The notes under the pieces: model-generated
Databases searched by the model: none
The model's input: only the letters and a program-made list of their open reading frames with translations
Told to the model about the DNA's origin: nothing
Source: an uncultured Actinomycetes bacterium
Lineage (GTDB): Bacteria; Actinomycetota; Thermoleophilia; Gaiellales; Gaiellaceae
Length of the DNA: 64,000 nt
NCBI GenBank assembly: GCA_963811415.1
Contig: CAWERG010000007.1
Location: 182,173 to 246,172, forward strand
Direction: 5' to 3'
In this document: piece by piece, positions 9,283 to 17,955 of the stretch
Layout of the letters: the number at the start of each line of letters is the position of its first letter
How positions within the stretch are numbered: position 1 is the first letter of the stretch
Program-made: the position numbers and the translations under genes

Positions 9283-9446
9283 GAAGTGGCCGCTCGCCCT
9301 CGGTTTCGAGTGCTCCACGATCGGTGGCTCAGCGGCTCGGTCCGAGTCCGCCTACGTCCTCGCGTTCGCGATCTGTGCCCTAGTGTCGCTGCTCCGGATC
9401 CCGCTCGCGCTCCTCGCGACGCGCTGCAAACCCCGTGGGGCCCCCG

Positions 9447-10037
9447 TCACATCTCTCGGCGACCCGACAGGGCACGGCCGAGCGTGACCTCGTCGGCATA
9501 CTCGAGATCGCCGCCGACCGGCAGGCCGCTCGCGAGGCGGGTGACCCGCACGGAGGTGCGCAGCCGCTCGGCAAGGTAGGCGGCTGTCGCCTCGCCCGTC
9601 ATGTTCGGGTTGGTGGCGAGGACGACCTCCTGAATGCCGTTGCGTTGCACGCGGCGCATCAGCTCGTCGATCCGGAGGTCGGCCGGCTCGACACCGTCGA
9701 GCGGCGACAGCGCGCCGCCGAGAACGTGGTAGAGGCCGCGGAACTCGTGCGTGCGCTCGAGCGAGACGACGTCGACGGGCTGCTCGACGACGCACACAAT
9801 GCTGCGATCCCGCCGCGCGTCAAGGCAGACCGCGCAGAGAGCCTCCTCCGTCAGGTTCCCGCACTCGTCGCAGAAGCGCACTCGCGCTTTGACGTCCTCG
9901 ATCGCGGCGGCGAGCGCGAGGGCGTCGGGCTTTGGCGCGGAGAGCAGATGAAACGCGAGCCGCTGGGCCGTACGCGTGCCGATTCCGGGCAGGCGCGTGA
10001 GTTGAGCGACGAGGTTGTCGACGGCCGGGCTGAGCAC
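9447..10037 (-). CDS. recR: Recombination mediator RecR
   Basis: [22 protein letters not shown] zinc finger, [30 protein letters not shown]; GTG10037 is 6 nt after TACCCT. Confidence 0.96.
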   Translation of the reverse strand: MLSPAVDNLVAQLTRLPGIGTRTAQRLAFHLLSAPKPDALALAAAIEDVKARVRFCDECGNLTEEALCAVCLDARRDRSIVCVVEQPVDVVSLERTHEFRGLYHVLGGALSPLDGVEPADLRIDELMRRVQRNGIQEVVLATNPNMTGEATAAYLAERLRTSVRVTRLASGLPVGGDLEYADEVTLGRALSGRREM

Positions 10038-10077
10038 CGACGCAGGGTAACCGTCCCGTTCGGACGAGGGCGTGCGC

Positions 10078-10401
10078 CTACAGCCCTGGCAATCCGAGCG
10101 CCCCGAGGTCGGGCATCTGGCCGCGCATCTTGCTTTCAGCCAGCGCTCCGGCCGAGCGGAGTGCCTCGTTGGCCGCCGCGAGGACCATGTCGGCAAGCAA
10201 CTCCGGGTCGTCCGGGTCGATCGCCTGAGGGTCGATCATGATCTCGACGAGCTCGCCGCCACCGTTCGCCTTGACGGTGACCATCCCGCCGCCGGCCGAG
10301 GCTTCGACGATCTCATTCTTCGCGTCCTCCTGGGCCTGCATGATCTGCTCCTGCATCTGCTGGGCCTGCTTGAGCATCTTGTTCATGTCGAACTTCGCCA
10401 T
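10078..10401 (-). CDS. ybaB: YbaB/EbfC nucleoid-associated protein
   Basis: [12 protein letters not shown]...[10 protein letters not shown]...[20 protein letters not shown]; dnaX-ybaB-recR synteny. Confidence 0.93.
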   Translation of the reverse strand: MAKFDMNKMLKQAQQMQEQIMQAQEDAKNEIVEASAGGGMVTVKANGGGELVEIMIDPQAIDPDDPELLADMVLAAANEALRSAGALAESKMRGQMPDLGALGLPGL

Positions 10402-12030
10402 TAGCGCTCCTCGATCTCGTGTGCGTCGAAGGTGTCTTTCAGCAGCGAGAGGACGGAGTCCTCGTCGTAGTGGGCCCTCGTCCTCGTCTGCGGATGCGTC
10501 GGCCGATGTGTCGGCCAGTGTGGTGCTGACCGAAAGTCGCCGGCCGGTCACCTCGTAGAGCGCCTCGTGCAGGAGCGCCGCGTTCTTCGCGTCGTCGACC
10601 TGCCTGCGGTGGAAGTCGGCGTCGGCCGCGAACTCGAGCGTCAGGACGTCGCCGTCGAGGGCGGAGGGACGCGCTTCGCGGAGCAGTGTCGCGAGCCAGG
10701 GCGCGCGGACGGCCGGGATGACGCTGCGTGACCAGGCGTCCTGGAGCTGCGGGAGCTCGAGGAGAGGGGCGTCGCCAGCCGACGTCGGAGCGTCGGGCTC
10801 CTCGTGTTGTATCGGCGTAGGCGCCGGGGCCGTCGCGGGCACGGGCACGGGGGAGGGGGCCCGTTGCACCGCGACGGGCGGCCCGGCATGTGTGGCCCGC
10901 TCCTCGAGGAGCTCGACCCGGTGCGCGAGCGACTCGCGCGAGAGATCGGCGGCGGGCCGTGTGACCTTCACGAGCGCGAGCTCGAGTGGAAGACGGGGGT
11001 CACCTCCTTGCCTCATGTCCTCGATCGCCGCGGCCAGCAGGTCGACCAGGCGCAGCACGGTGGGCTCCGGCACCTGGTTCGCCTGCTCCCGGAGCCGCTC
11101 TCGCGTCTCCTCCGTGAGCGGCAAGGACTCCGGTACATGGCCGATGTGCTGAACGAGGAGCACATGCCGGAGATGCTCCACGAGGTCGATCACGACGCGA
11201 CCGAGGTCGTGTCCCTGCTCGGCGAGCTCCTCGATCAGGACGAGCGCGCCCGCCGTGTCGCGATCGACGATTGTGTCGCAGAGCCGGAAGAGTGAGTCCT
11301 CGTCGACCGCGCCGACCAGCTGGAGGACCGATTGGACGCTGATCGAGCCCTCCGTTGCGGCTGAGAGCTGGTCGAGCGTCGAGACGGCGTCCCGAAACGA
11401 TCCGCGCGCGGCGCGCGCGACGAGCGCGAGCGCCGCGTCGGGGGCATCGATCCCCTCCCCGTCGCAGACCCGTCGCAACACCGTGACGAGCTCCGGGAGC
11501 CGCGGCCGCTGGAAGACGAACGTCTGGCAGCGTGAGCGCACCGTCGCGAGCACTTTCGAGAGGTCGGTGGTGCAGAACACGAAGACGAGGTGCGGGGGCG
11601 GCTCCTCGATCAGCTTCAGCAACGCATTCCAGGCGGCGTCGGTGAGCTGGTGGGCCTCGTCGACGATGTACACCTTGTATGTGCCCTCGGCGGGCTGGAG
11701 GATCGCGCGTTCTCGGATCTCGCGAACGTCGTCGATGCCGCGCTGCGAGGCCGCGTCCATCTCGATCACGTCGAGAGCGGAACCCGCAGCGATCGCTCGT
11801 GCGAGACGCGAGTCGGGATCGGGGTCGGTCGTAGGCCCGCCCTCGGCGTTGAGCGCCTTCGCGAGGATCCTCGCCATCGACGTCTTGCCTGTGCCTCGTG
11901 GGCCGGCGAACAGGTACGCCTGTCGCACCTGGTCGTGCTCGATTGCGTTCCGCAGCGTTCGCACGACCGCGTCCTGCCCGACGACGTCGGCGAACCCACG
12001 AGGGCGGTACTTGCGGTAGAGAGCGGCCAC
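10401..12030 (-). CDS. dnaX: DNA polymerase III subunit gamma/tau (one extra base near 10468 shifts the last ~21 codons)
   Basis: ALYRKYRP, GPRGTGKT, IEMDAAS, IVDEAH, NALLKLIEEPP, SRC. The natural C-terminus DEDSVLSLLKDTFDAHEIEER* is in another frame and ends TAATG on the ybaB start. Confidence 0.93.
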
Positions 12031-12234
12031 CTCGTGAAGATACTCCTCCCGCGTCGGGTCCGGTCGGGCGATCGCCCGGTGAGCTACCGGAGTACGAGTC
12101 GAGCTCGCCACACCAAGCATCGGGTCGTCCGAGAGGCCTCGATCGGCGGTCGGAGCGGTCTGCGCGACCCCGCCGCCGTACTGCGTCTCGCCGAGCATCT
12201 TCGCCGAGCCGAACGTGTGAGATAGTAGGCGGCA

Positions 12235-13245
12235 ATGGCGGTCTCGCGGGAGGTCAGGCTCGTGCGCCCGCTTGCGGGCGGCCTTCTCGCCGAGGCGGAT
12301 TTCGACGTCGTCGGCGTCGACGTCGCCGCGGCTTCGGTTGGCGAGGTCGAGGTCGAGAACCTCTTCATGTCCGTCGATCCCTATATGCGAGAGTCCGCGC
12401 TGCCGGGCCAGAGCATGATCCCGAGCGAGCTCGTCTTCGTTCCGGGCGAGCCGCTGGCCGGGCCGGCGGTCGGTCGCGTGAAGGCGTCTCGGTACGCAGG
12501 GCTCGAGCCGGGTGATCTCGTGCATTCGATGCTGGGCTGGCGCGAGCGCTTCACGGCTCCCGGCGAGAGGCTTCAGCGCATCGAGGAGAGCGGCTTTCCG
12601 CCGCAGCTCTATCTCGGCGCGCTCGGTATCACCGGGCTCACGGCGTGGGTAGGCGTGCGGATGGCACGGATCGAGCAGTCTGAGACCGTGTTCATCTCTG
12701 CTGCCGCAGGCGCGGTCGGGTCGATCGCCTGCCAGCTTGCCAAGCTGAAGGGGGCGCGCGTGATCGGGTCGACGGGCGGCGCGCAGAAGGCAGCATTCCT
12801 CCGGGAGCTCGGGGTCGACGACGTCATCGACTACCGGCGGGCGAGCGACCTGCGGGCGGAGCTCTCGGCGGTGGCACCTGACGGCCTCGACGTCTATTTC
12901 GACAACGTAGGCGGATTACACCTCGAGGCGGCAGTCGCTGCGACGAGGCCGCATGCGCGGATCATCCTGTGCGGAAAGCTCTCCGAGCACGAAGAGCGCG
13001 ACGCAGCCGCAAGGCCCGACCTCTGGCTCGCGGTGCCGCGTAGTCTCAGCTTTCTCGGCTTCAGCGTCCGCTATCACCTGCATGAGCTGGACGCCTTCCG
13101 GCAAGAGGTCGGCCCGTTGCTCCGCTCCGGCGTGATCCGCGCGCACGACACGACGGAGCATGGGATCGAGGCGGCTCCGCGTGCGCTCGTGCGCATGCTC
13201 GCTGGGGACAAGCTTGGCAAGATGCTCGTACAGCTCGGCTCATGA
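12235..13245 (+). CDS. NADP-dependent oxidoreductase (zinc-independent MDR, PTGR/CurA-like ene-reductase)
   Basis: SVDPYMR, LGALGITGLTAW, SAAAGAVGS, DVYFDNVGG, GKMLV. Confidence 0.9.
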   Translation: MAVSREVRLVRPLAGGLLAEADFDVVGVDVAAASVGEVEVENLFMSVDPYMRESALPGQSMIPSELVFVPGEPLAGPAVGRVKASRYAGLEPGDLVHSMLGWRERFTAPGERLQRIEESGFPPQLYLGALGITGLTAWVGVRMARIEQSETVFISAAAGAVGSIACQLAKLKGARVIGSTGGAQKAAFLRELGVDDVIDYRRASDLRAELSAVAPDGLDVYFDNVGGLHLEAAVAATRPHARIILCGKLSEHEERDAAARPDLWLAVPRSLSFLGFSVRYHLHELDAFRQEVGPLLRSGVIRAHDTTEHGIEAAPRALVRMLAGDKLGKMLVQLGS

Positions 13246-13263
13246 GGCAAAAAGGAGCTACGC

Positions 13264-13992
13264 GTGAAGACGATCGCAATCGTGGGAGCGGGACCCGCCC
13301 TCGGGATGTCGATGGCGCGCCGGTTCGGGCGCGCGGGCTATCGGGTCGCGCTGCTCGCCCGGACCGAAAGCCGCCTCGCCGGGTTCGTGGACGGGCTCGC
13401 GGCCGAAGGGATCACGGCCGCTGCGTTTCCGGCCGATGTTGCGAACCGCGAGGCTCTTGCGACAGCGCTCGCGCACGTCGGGGAGGAGCTCGGCTCTGTC
13501 GACGTGCTCGCCTACCAGCCTGCGGAGCAGAGATCGGGAGGCGTCGTGCGGCCCGTCGAGACGACGGTGGCGTCGCTGCTGCCGCACCTCGACAGCTACG
13601 TGCTCGGGCCGATCACCGCAGTGCAGGCGGTGCTCCCCGGCATGCTCGAGCGAGGCGACGGTGCGCTGCTCATCACGGGTGCGCTTTCGGGCACGCTGCC
13701 GATCCCGTCACACGCAAACACGGGCATCGCGCTCGCCGGGCTGAAGAACTACGTCTACGTCCTCAATGCCGGCCTGGCGGAGAAGGGCATCTACGCCGGC
13801 ACCATCACCGTGGCGGGACTGGTGATCGGGAGTGGCAGCGATCCTGGACCCGACAACCCGACGACCAGTCGATTCAGGGTCGATCCGGATCAGATCGCCG
13901 ACCTCTATTTCGACATGGCGCTCTCCCGGAACAGGGTCGAGGAGTTCGTAGGCGATCCCGACGGCATCGCTGAATCCCCGTGGCGCTGGTAG
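13264..13992 (+). CDS. SDR family oxidoreductase (atypical, no YxxxK)
   Basis: IVGAGPALG Rossmann motif; ARRF..G; LPGMLERGDG. Confidence 0.8.
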   Translation: MKTIAIVGAGPALGMSMARRFGRAGYRVALLARTESRLAGFVDGLAAEGITAAAFPADVANREALATALAHVGEELGSVDVLAYQPAEQRSGGVVRPVETTVASLLPHLDSYVLGPITAVQAVLPGMLERGDGALLITGALSGTLPIPSHANTGIALAGLKNYVYVLNAGLAEKGIYAGTITVAGLVIGSGSDPGPDNPTTSRFRVDPDQIADLYFDMALSRNRVEEFVGDPDGIAESPWRW

Positions 13993-14092
13993 AGACTGTC
14001 GCTTGAACGAGCGGTCGTGAGCGGCGCGCTGCCCTGTTAGATTGCCTCGGCGAGGGGGTGCTCGTCACCATGGAGCGCGGAAGGAGTGAGGT

Positions 14093-14893
14093 ATGGAGCT
14101 CGACGGAAAGGTTGCAATCGTCACTGGCTCGGCGGGCGGTCTAGGCCTTGTGACGGCGACGATGCTCGCCGCTGCAGGAGCTCGCGTCGTGCTCACGGAT
14201 CTGCCCGGCTCGACCCTCGAGGACGCAGCTGCGAGTGTGAATGCAGTCGGGAGCGCCGCACATACGAACGTGGACATTTCCGATGAGGAGAGCGTAGAGC
14301 GGCTCATCGCGTTCGCCGTGGAGACGTTCGGCGGTCTCGACATCGTCGTCAACAACGCCGCACGGCAGGGGTTGCGTGAGGACGCCGACGTGCTCTCGAT
14401 GTCGACCGAAACCTGGGACAGCGTCTTTGCCGTCAACGCCCGCGGCACGATGCTGATGTGCAAGCACGCGCTGCCGGCACTCTTCGAAAGCGACGGCGCG
14501 GCGATCGTCAACATCGGCTCGGGCACCGCCAGCGCCGGTGACGACTTCGCGTCTGCGTACGCATGCTCCAAGGGGGCGATCCAGACGCTCACCTACTACG
14601 TTGCCACTCAGTACGCCCACCGGGGGGTGCGCTGCAACTGCGTTGCCCCGGGCCTGATCAATACCGCTCGACTGCAGGGCAGCATGCCCGAGCCGATACG
14701 CAACGCCATTGTGGAGAGCAAGCTCCTGGGGAGGCTCGCCGAGCCGAGCGATGTCGCTGAGGTCGTGCTCTTCCTCGCGTCGTCGCGCTCCGCATTCCTG
14801 ACCGGCCAGGTCCTGCACGTCGACGGCGGCTACTTCGCTCACCTGGCCCACGTTCCCGAGCTGCGCAAGGTCATGGCCAAGATGTCGGGCTGA
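14093..14893 (+). CDS. Classical SDR (hydroxysteroid dehydrogenase-like)
   Basis: TGSAGGLG, VNNAA, YACSK, VAPG, VDGG. Confidence 0.9.
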   Translation: MELDGKVAIVTGSAGGLGLVTATMLAAAGARVVLTDLPGSTLEDAAASVNAVGSAAHTNVDISDEESVERLIAFAVETFGGLDIVVNNAARQGLREDADVLSMSTETWDSVFAVNARGTMLMCKHALPALFESDGAAIVNIGSGTASAGDDFASAYACSKGAIQTLTYYVATQYAHRGVRCNCVAPGLINTARLQGSMPEPIRNAIVESKLLGRLAEPSDVAEVVLFLASSRSAFLTGQVLHVDGGYFAHLAHVPELRKVMAKMSG

Positions 14894-15146
14894 CACATCG
14901 CGAGCGAACGCTGCGTGTCGGTGGGTGCGCTGGTTGCTCGAGCGTTCCCCGATGGGATCAGCGCCGGTGACGAGGAGGCGATCGGCGCTCTTCCTCCCTT
15001 CAGACGAAGCCTGCTTCGTCAGGGTGTCAGCCTGCCCGTGGACGGCGGCACGCATGCGTCTCTCGCCGTGAGCGGTTGACCTAATTCAGCCAGTCGAACG
15101 GCTCGATCAGGGACCCCGGAAGCACCCGACTTGTGCGTCCGTTTTA

Positions 15147-15211
15147 TTACTTTCCGAGGTAAAGTGACTTTAAATGCAAAAGTAAGTATCGTCGCGAATA
15201 CCTGTTAGGAT
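15147..15211 (+). promoter_or_regulatory. Double palindromic operator plus extended -10 of the thiol dioxygenase operon
   Basis: TTACTTT-N7-AAAGT-G-ACTTT-N7-AAAGTAA (15147-15185); TGtTAGGAT 7 nt before ATG15219. Confidence 0.7.
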
Positions 15212-15218
15212 TACGCCC

Positions 15219-15827
15219 ATGTCGACGTTCAGCCCAGGTATTGCGGCACCCCTCGCTACACCGCTCACTCGGTTCATCGATGCGATGGACGAGACGGTCG
15301 AGCGTGAGTCCAGCCCGCCGTGCATCGCTCGTGCCGCGGCAGGTCATCTCCAGGAGCTCCTCGGCGAAACGGATGTGCTGCCTGATGCTTATCGGGTTCC
15401 CGCCGCCGCGAACTACTGCCAACATCTCATCCACGTGCACGAACGAGGGCTTTACTCCCTCGTCTCGCTCGTCTGGAATCCCGATCAGGAGACGCCGATC
15501 CACGACCACCGGTGCTGGTGCGTCGTTGGCGTCCTAAAGGGACGCGAGGAGGAGACCCGCTACCACCTCGTCAGCGACGGCAGCGAGCAGTGGCTCGTGC
15601 CCGTCGGGACGGTGTTCGCGCAGTCGGGTAGCGTCGGCGTCCTCGTTCCGCCCGCGGAGAACATCCATCGGGTCGCGAACGGCGGCGACTCGCTCGCGAT
15701 CTCGCTCCATGTCTACGGCGCCGATATCCGCGCGTGCGGAACGAGTATCAACCACGTCTTCGACCTCGCCGTACGCGAGGGAGACGAAACGGGAGCTCCG
15801 GTTGCCTGGCGCGGGGAGACTGGATGA
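15219..15827 (+). CDS. Cysteine dioxygenase-family thiol dioxygenase (Gln-type)
   Basis: YCQH, W.P.Q.TPIHDH, NIHRV, SLHVYG cupin motifs. Confidence 0.88.
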   Translation: MSTFSPGIAAPLATPLTRFIDAMDETVERESSPPCIARAAAGHLQELLGETDVLPDAYRVPAAANYCQHLIHVHERGLYSLVSLVWNPDQETPIHDHRCWCVVGVLKGREEETRYHLVSDGSEQWLVPVGTVFAQSGSVGVLVPPAENIHRVANGGDSLAISLHVYGADIRACGTSINHVFDLAVREGDETGAPVAWRGETG

Positions 15828-16870
15828 CGGAACTGGCCTCCGAGCGGGCCGCTCCACCGCTATCCAGTGACCCCGAGGTATGGCCGGCCCCGCTCTCGGC
15901 GCTCGAGTTGGACGAGTTGCCGACACATCTCCATTTCGTCAGGAGTCATTTCTCGACGCCGACCGTTGAACCCGCGTCGTGGCTGCTGCAGGTCACCGGA
16001 GCGGTGGAGAGGCCGTGTCGGCGGTCGCTCGCGGAGCTACAGCAGCTGCCTGGCCGGAGTCTGCGGGTCGCCTTCGAATGCGCGGGCCATCGACGCGACG
16101 AGTTCGAGCCGAGCACCGACGGCGTTCAGTGGGGAGCCGGCGCGATCTCGTCGGCACGGTGGACGGGAGCCTCGCTCGCCGCTCTGCTCGCCGATGCCGT
16201 GCCGCTGCCGGGCGCGTGTGAGGTCGTTTTCGAGGGCGCCGATCAAGGCGTGCACCGCGATCTCGACGGAGTGCACTTTGCGCGCTCGATCTCGCTCGAG
16301 CGTGCTCTCTCCGGCGATGTGATCCTCGCCTGGGAGATGAACGACGAACCCCTACCGGCGAGTCACGGGGCACCTCTCAGAGTTATCGTTCCCGGCTGCT
16401 ATGGCGTCGATTCGGTCAAGTGGCTCCAGCGAATCGAGGTCGTCCAGACGCCGTTCACCGGTCCGTTCCAGAGCGACGACTACCGTATCTTCGACAGTGG
16501 CACCGAAGCTGACGGGGCTGCCCTGCACGAGATGAGGGTAAACGCGCTGCTGACGCATCCCCTCGACGGCTCGACGGTCGAGGCCGGGCAGGTCGAGCTG
16601 GCCGGGATCGCGTGGGGCGGCACGGGCATCGAGGCAGTCGAGGTGCGCGTCGATGCGGGGCCATGGAAGCGAGCGGATTTCCGTTCGCCGGACGAGCCCT
16701 GGGATCTCGCGCGGTGGTCCGTTACCTACGAGCTGCCGCCCGGAGACCATCTGTTCGAGGTGCGTGCGCGGGACGACGACGGCGTTGTGCAGCCCGACAC
16801 TCCGACATGGAACCGGCTCGGGTACGGAAACAACAGCGTGCACCGCGTGGCTGTGCATGCTAGAAGTTGA
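15824..16870 (+). CDS. Sulfite oxidase-family molybdoenzyme (Moco plus dimerisation domain, no export signal)
   Basis: FVRSH, ECAGHRR (Mo-ligating Cys), HGAPLRVIVPGCYG, SVKWL, WN..GY.NN; ATGA overlap with the upstream gene. Confidence 0.9.
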   Translation: MTELASERAAPPLSSDPEVWPAPLSALELDELPTHLHFVRSHFSTPTVEPASWLLQVTGAVERPCRRSLAELQQLPGRSLRVAFECAGHRRDEFEPSTDGVQWGAGAISSARWTGASLAALLADAVPLPGACEVVFEGADQGVHRDLDGVHFARSISLERALSGDVILAWEMNDEPLPASHGAPLRVIVPGCYGVDSVKWLQRIEVVQTPFTGPFQSDDYRIFDSGTEADGAALHEMRVNALLTHPLDGSTVEAGQVELAGIAWGGTGIEAVEVRVDAGPWKRADFRSPDEPWDLARWSVTYELPPGDHLFEVRARDDDGVVQPDTPTWNRLGYGNNSVHRVAVHARS

Positions 16871-17195
16871 TCTAACTTATGAGATCTATTACATTTTCAA
16901 ATTGATCTGGATCGGCGGAGGCGCGGGCGCCAGGCGCGGGGAGTGCGCTCGGGTGTTGCCGTGCGCCCGGCTCAGGCAGTGGCAAACCGCTGCTCGAAGC
17001 GCCTAAACCCGCGGCCTTGCGCCGTATGGCCGGCATCTCAACTTTCGCTGGGGGCCGCCGTCCAATGCAATACCGGTCGCGAGAAAGGGGTCTTTCGAGC
17101 ATGCGATGTCCAGCAAGCTTCCGCCTGCCGGTTGCACGAGCCGTCAGGTTGACGGAGATAGATGCATCTGAGAGCATGCGCCGGTGGCGGGCTCC

Positions 17196-17879
17196 ATGGG
17201 CGTAGCGCGTTCGATCGTGATCGTCGGTGCCGGCCCCGGGTTCTCCCTGTCGCTTGCCCGTCGCTTCGGCCGGGAGAGCTTCAGTGTCGGACTCGTCGCT
17301 CGCTCCGCAGATCGACTCGGCGAGCTCGTTGGCATCCTCGCCGACGAGGACATCGCTGCCAGCTCGTTCCCGGCTGACGCTACCGACGTCCCGCAGTTGG
17401 AGTCGGCGCTTGCCCGCGCCACAGAGACGCTCGGAGGCATCGACGTCCTGACCTGGAACCCGACTCCGGGTCGCGAGCAGATGCGCTCAGGTGCCGAGAC
17501 GACCCTCGCGACGTTCGACTATCAGCAGAGCTTCACGCGGGGCGCAGTCGCGGCGACGCGCGCCGTGCTTCCGGCGATGGTCGAGCGTGGCGACGGTGCC
17601 CTGCTCTATACGATCGGTGCCGCGGGCCGCTATCCGCTCGTGACGCACGCTGGCCCCGGGATCGCCATGGCTGGCTTGCGCATGTACGCCCGCTCACTCA
17701 ACAAGGAGGTCGCGGACTCGGGTGTCTACGTCGGATTGCTAACAGTGGCCGGGGTGATTCGACCCGGCAGCGACATCGATCCGGAGGCGATGGCTGACCT
17801 CCTTTGGAGCATGTACACACAGCGAGACCGCGACGAAGAGCTCGTCGGAAACGTGGAGTTCGCGCTCGGTCGCTGGTGA
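17196..17879 (+). CDS. SDR family oxidoreductase, paralog of 13264-13992
   Basis: IVGAGPG, LARRFG, LPAMVERGDGALL, GIAMAGLR. Confidence 0.8.
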   Translation: MGVARSIVIVGAGPGFSLSLARRFGRESFSVGLVARSADRLGELVGILADEDIAASSFPADATDVPQLESALARATETLGGIDVLTWNPTPGREQMRSGAETTLATFDYQQSFTRGAVAATRAVLPAMVERGDGALLYTIGAAGRYPLVTHAGPGIAMAGLRMYARSLNKEVADSGVYVGLLTVAGVIRPGSDIDPEAMADLLWSMYTQRDRDEELVGNVEFALGRW

Positions 17880-17955
17880 CCGACCGACCTCGCACACCCT
17901 TCGGAGGTCGTCACCAGAGCGGTCCTCCGGCGATTGAAAGGAGAAACATCCGATC

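Noticed and set aside
9132-9446. Lysine riboswitch upstream of lysC
   Set aside because: No recognisable L-box conserved elements, and lysC appears leaderless
12031-12234. SRP RNA (ffs) or tRNA-Ser expected upstream of dnaX
   Set aside because: No CAGG-GNRA-AGCA SRP core or tRNA arms recognisable on either strand
10078-12525. 815-aa DnaX with long N-terminal extension
   Set aside because: The real start is GTG12030 (ALYRKYRP, -10 at 6 nt); the extension is antisense to the 12235 gene
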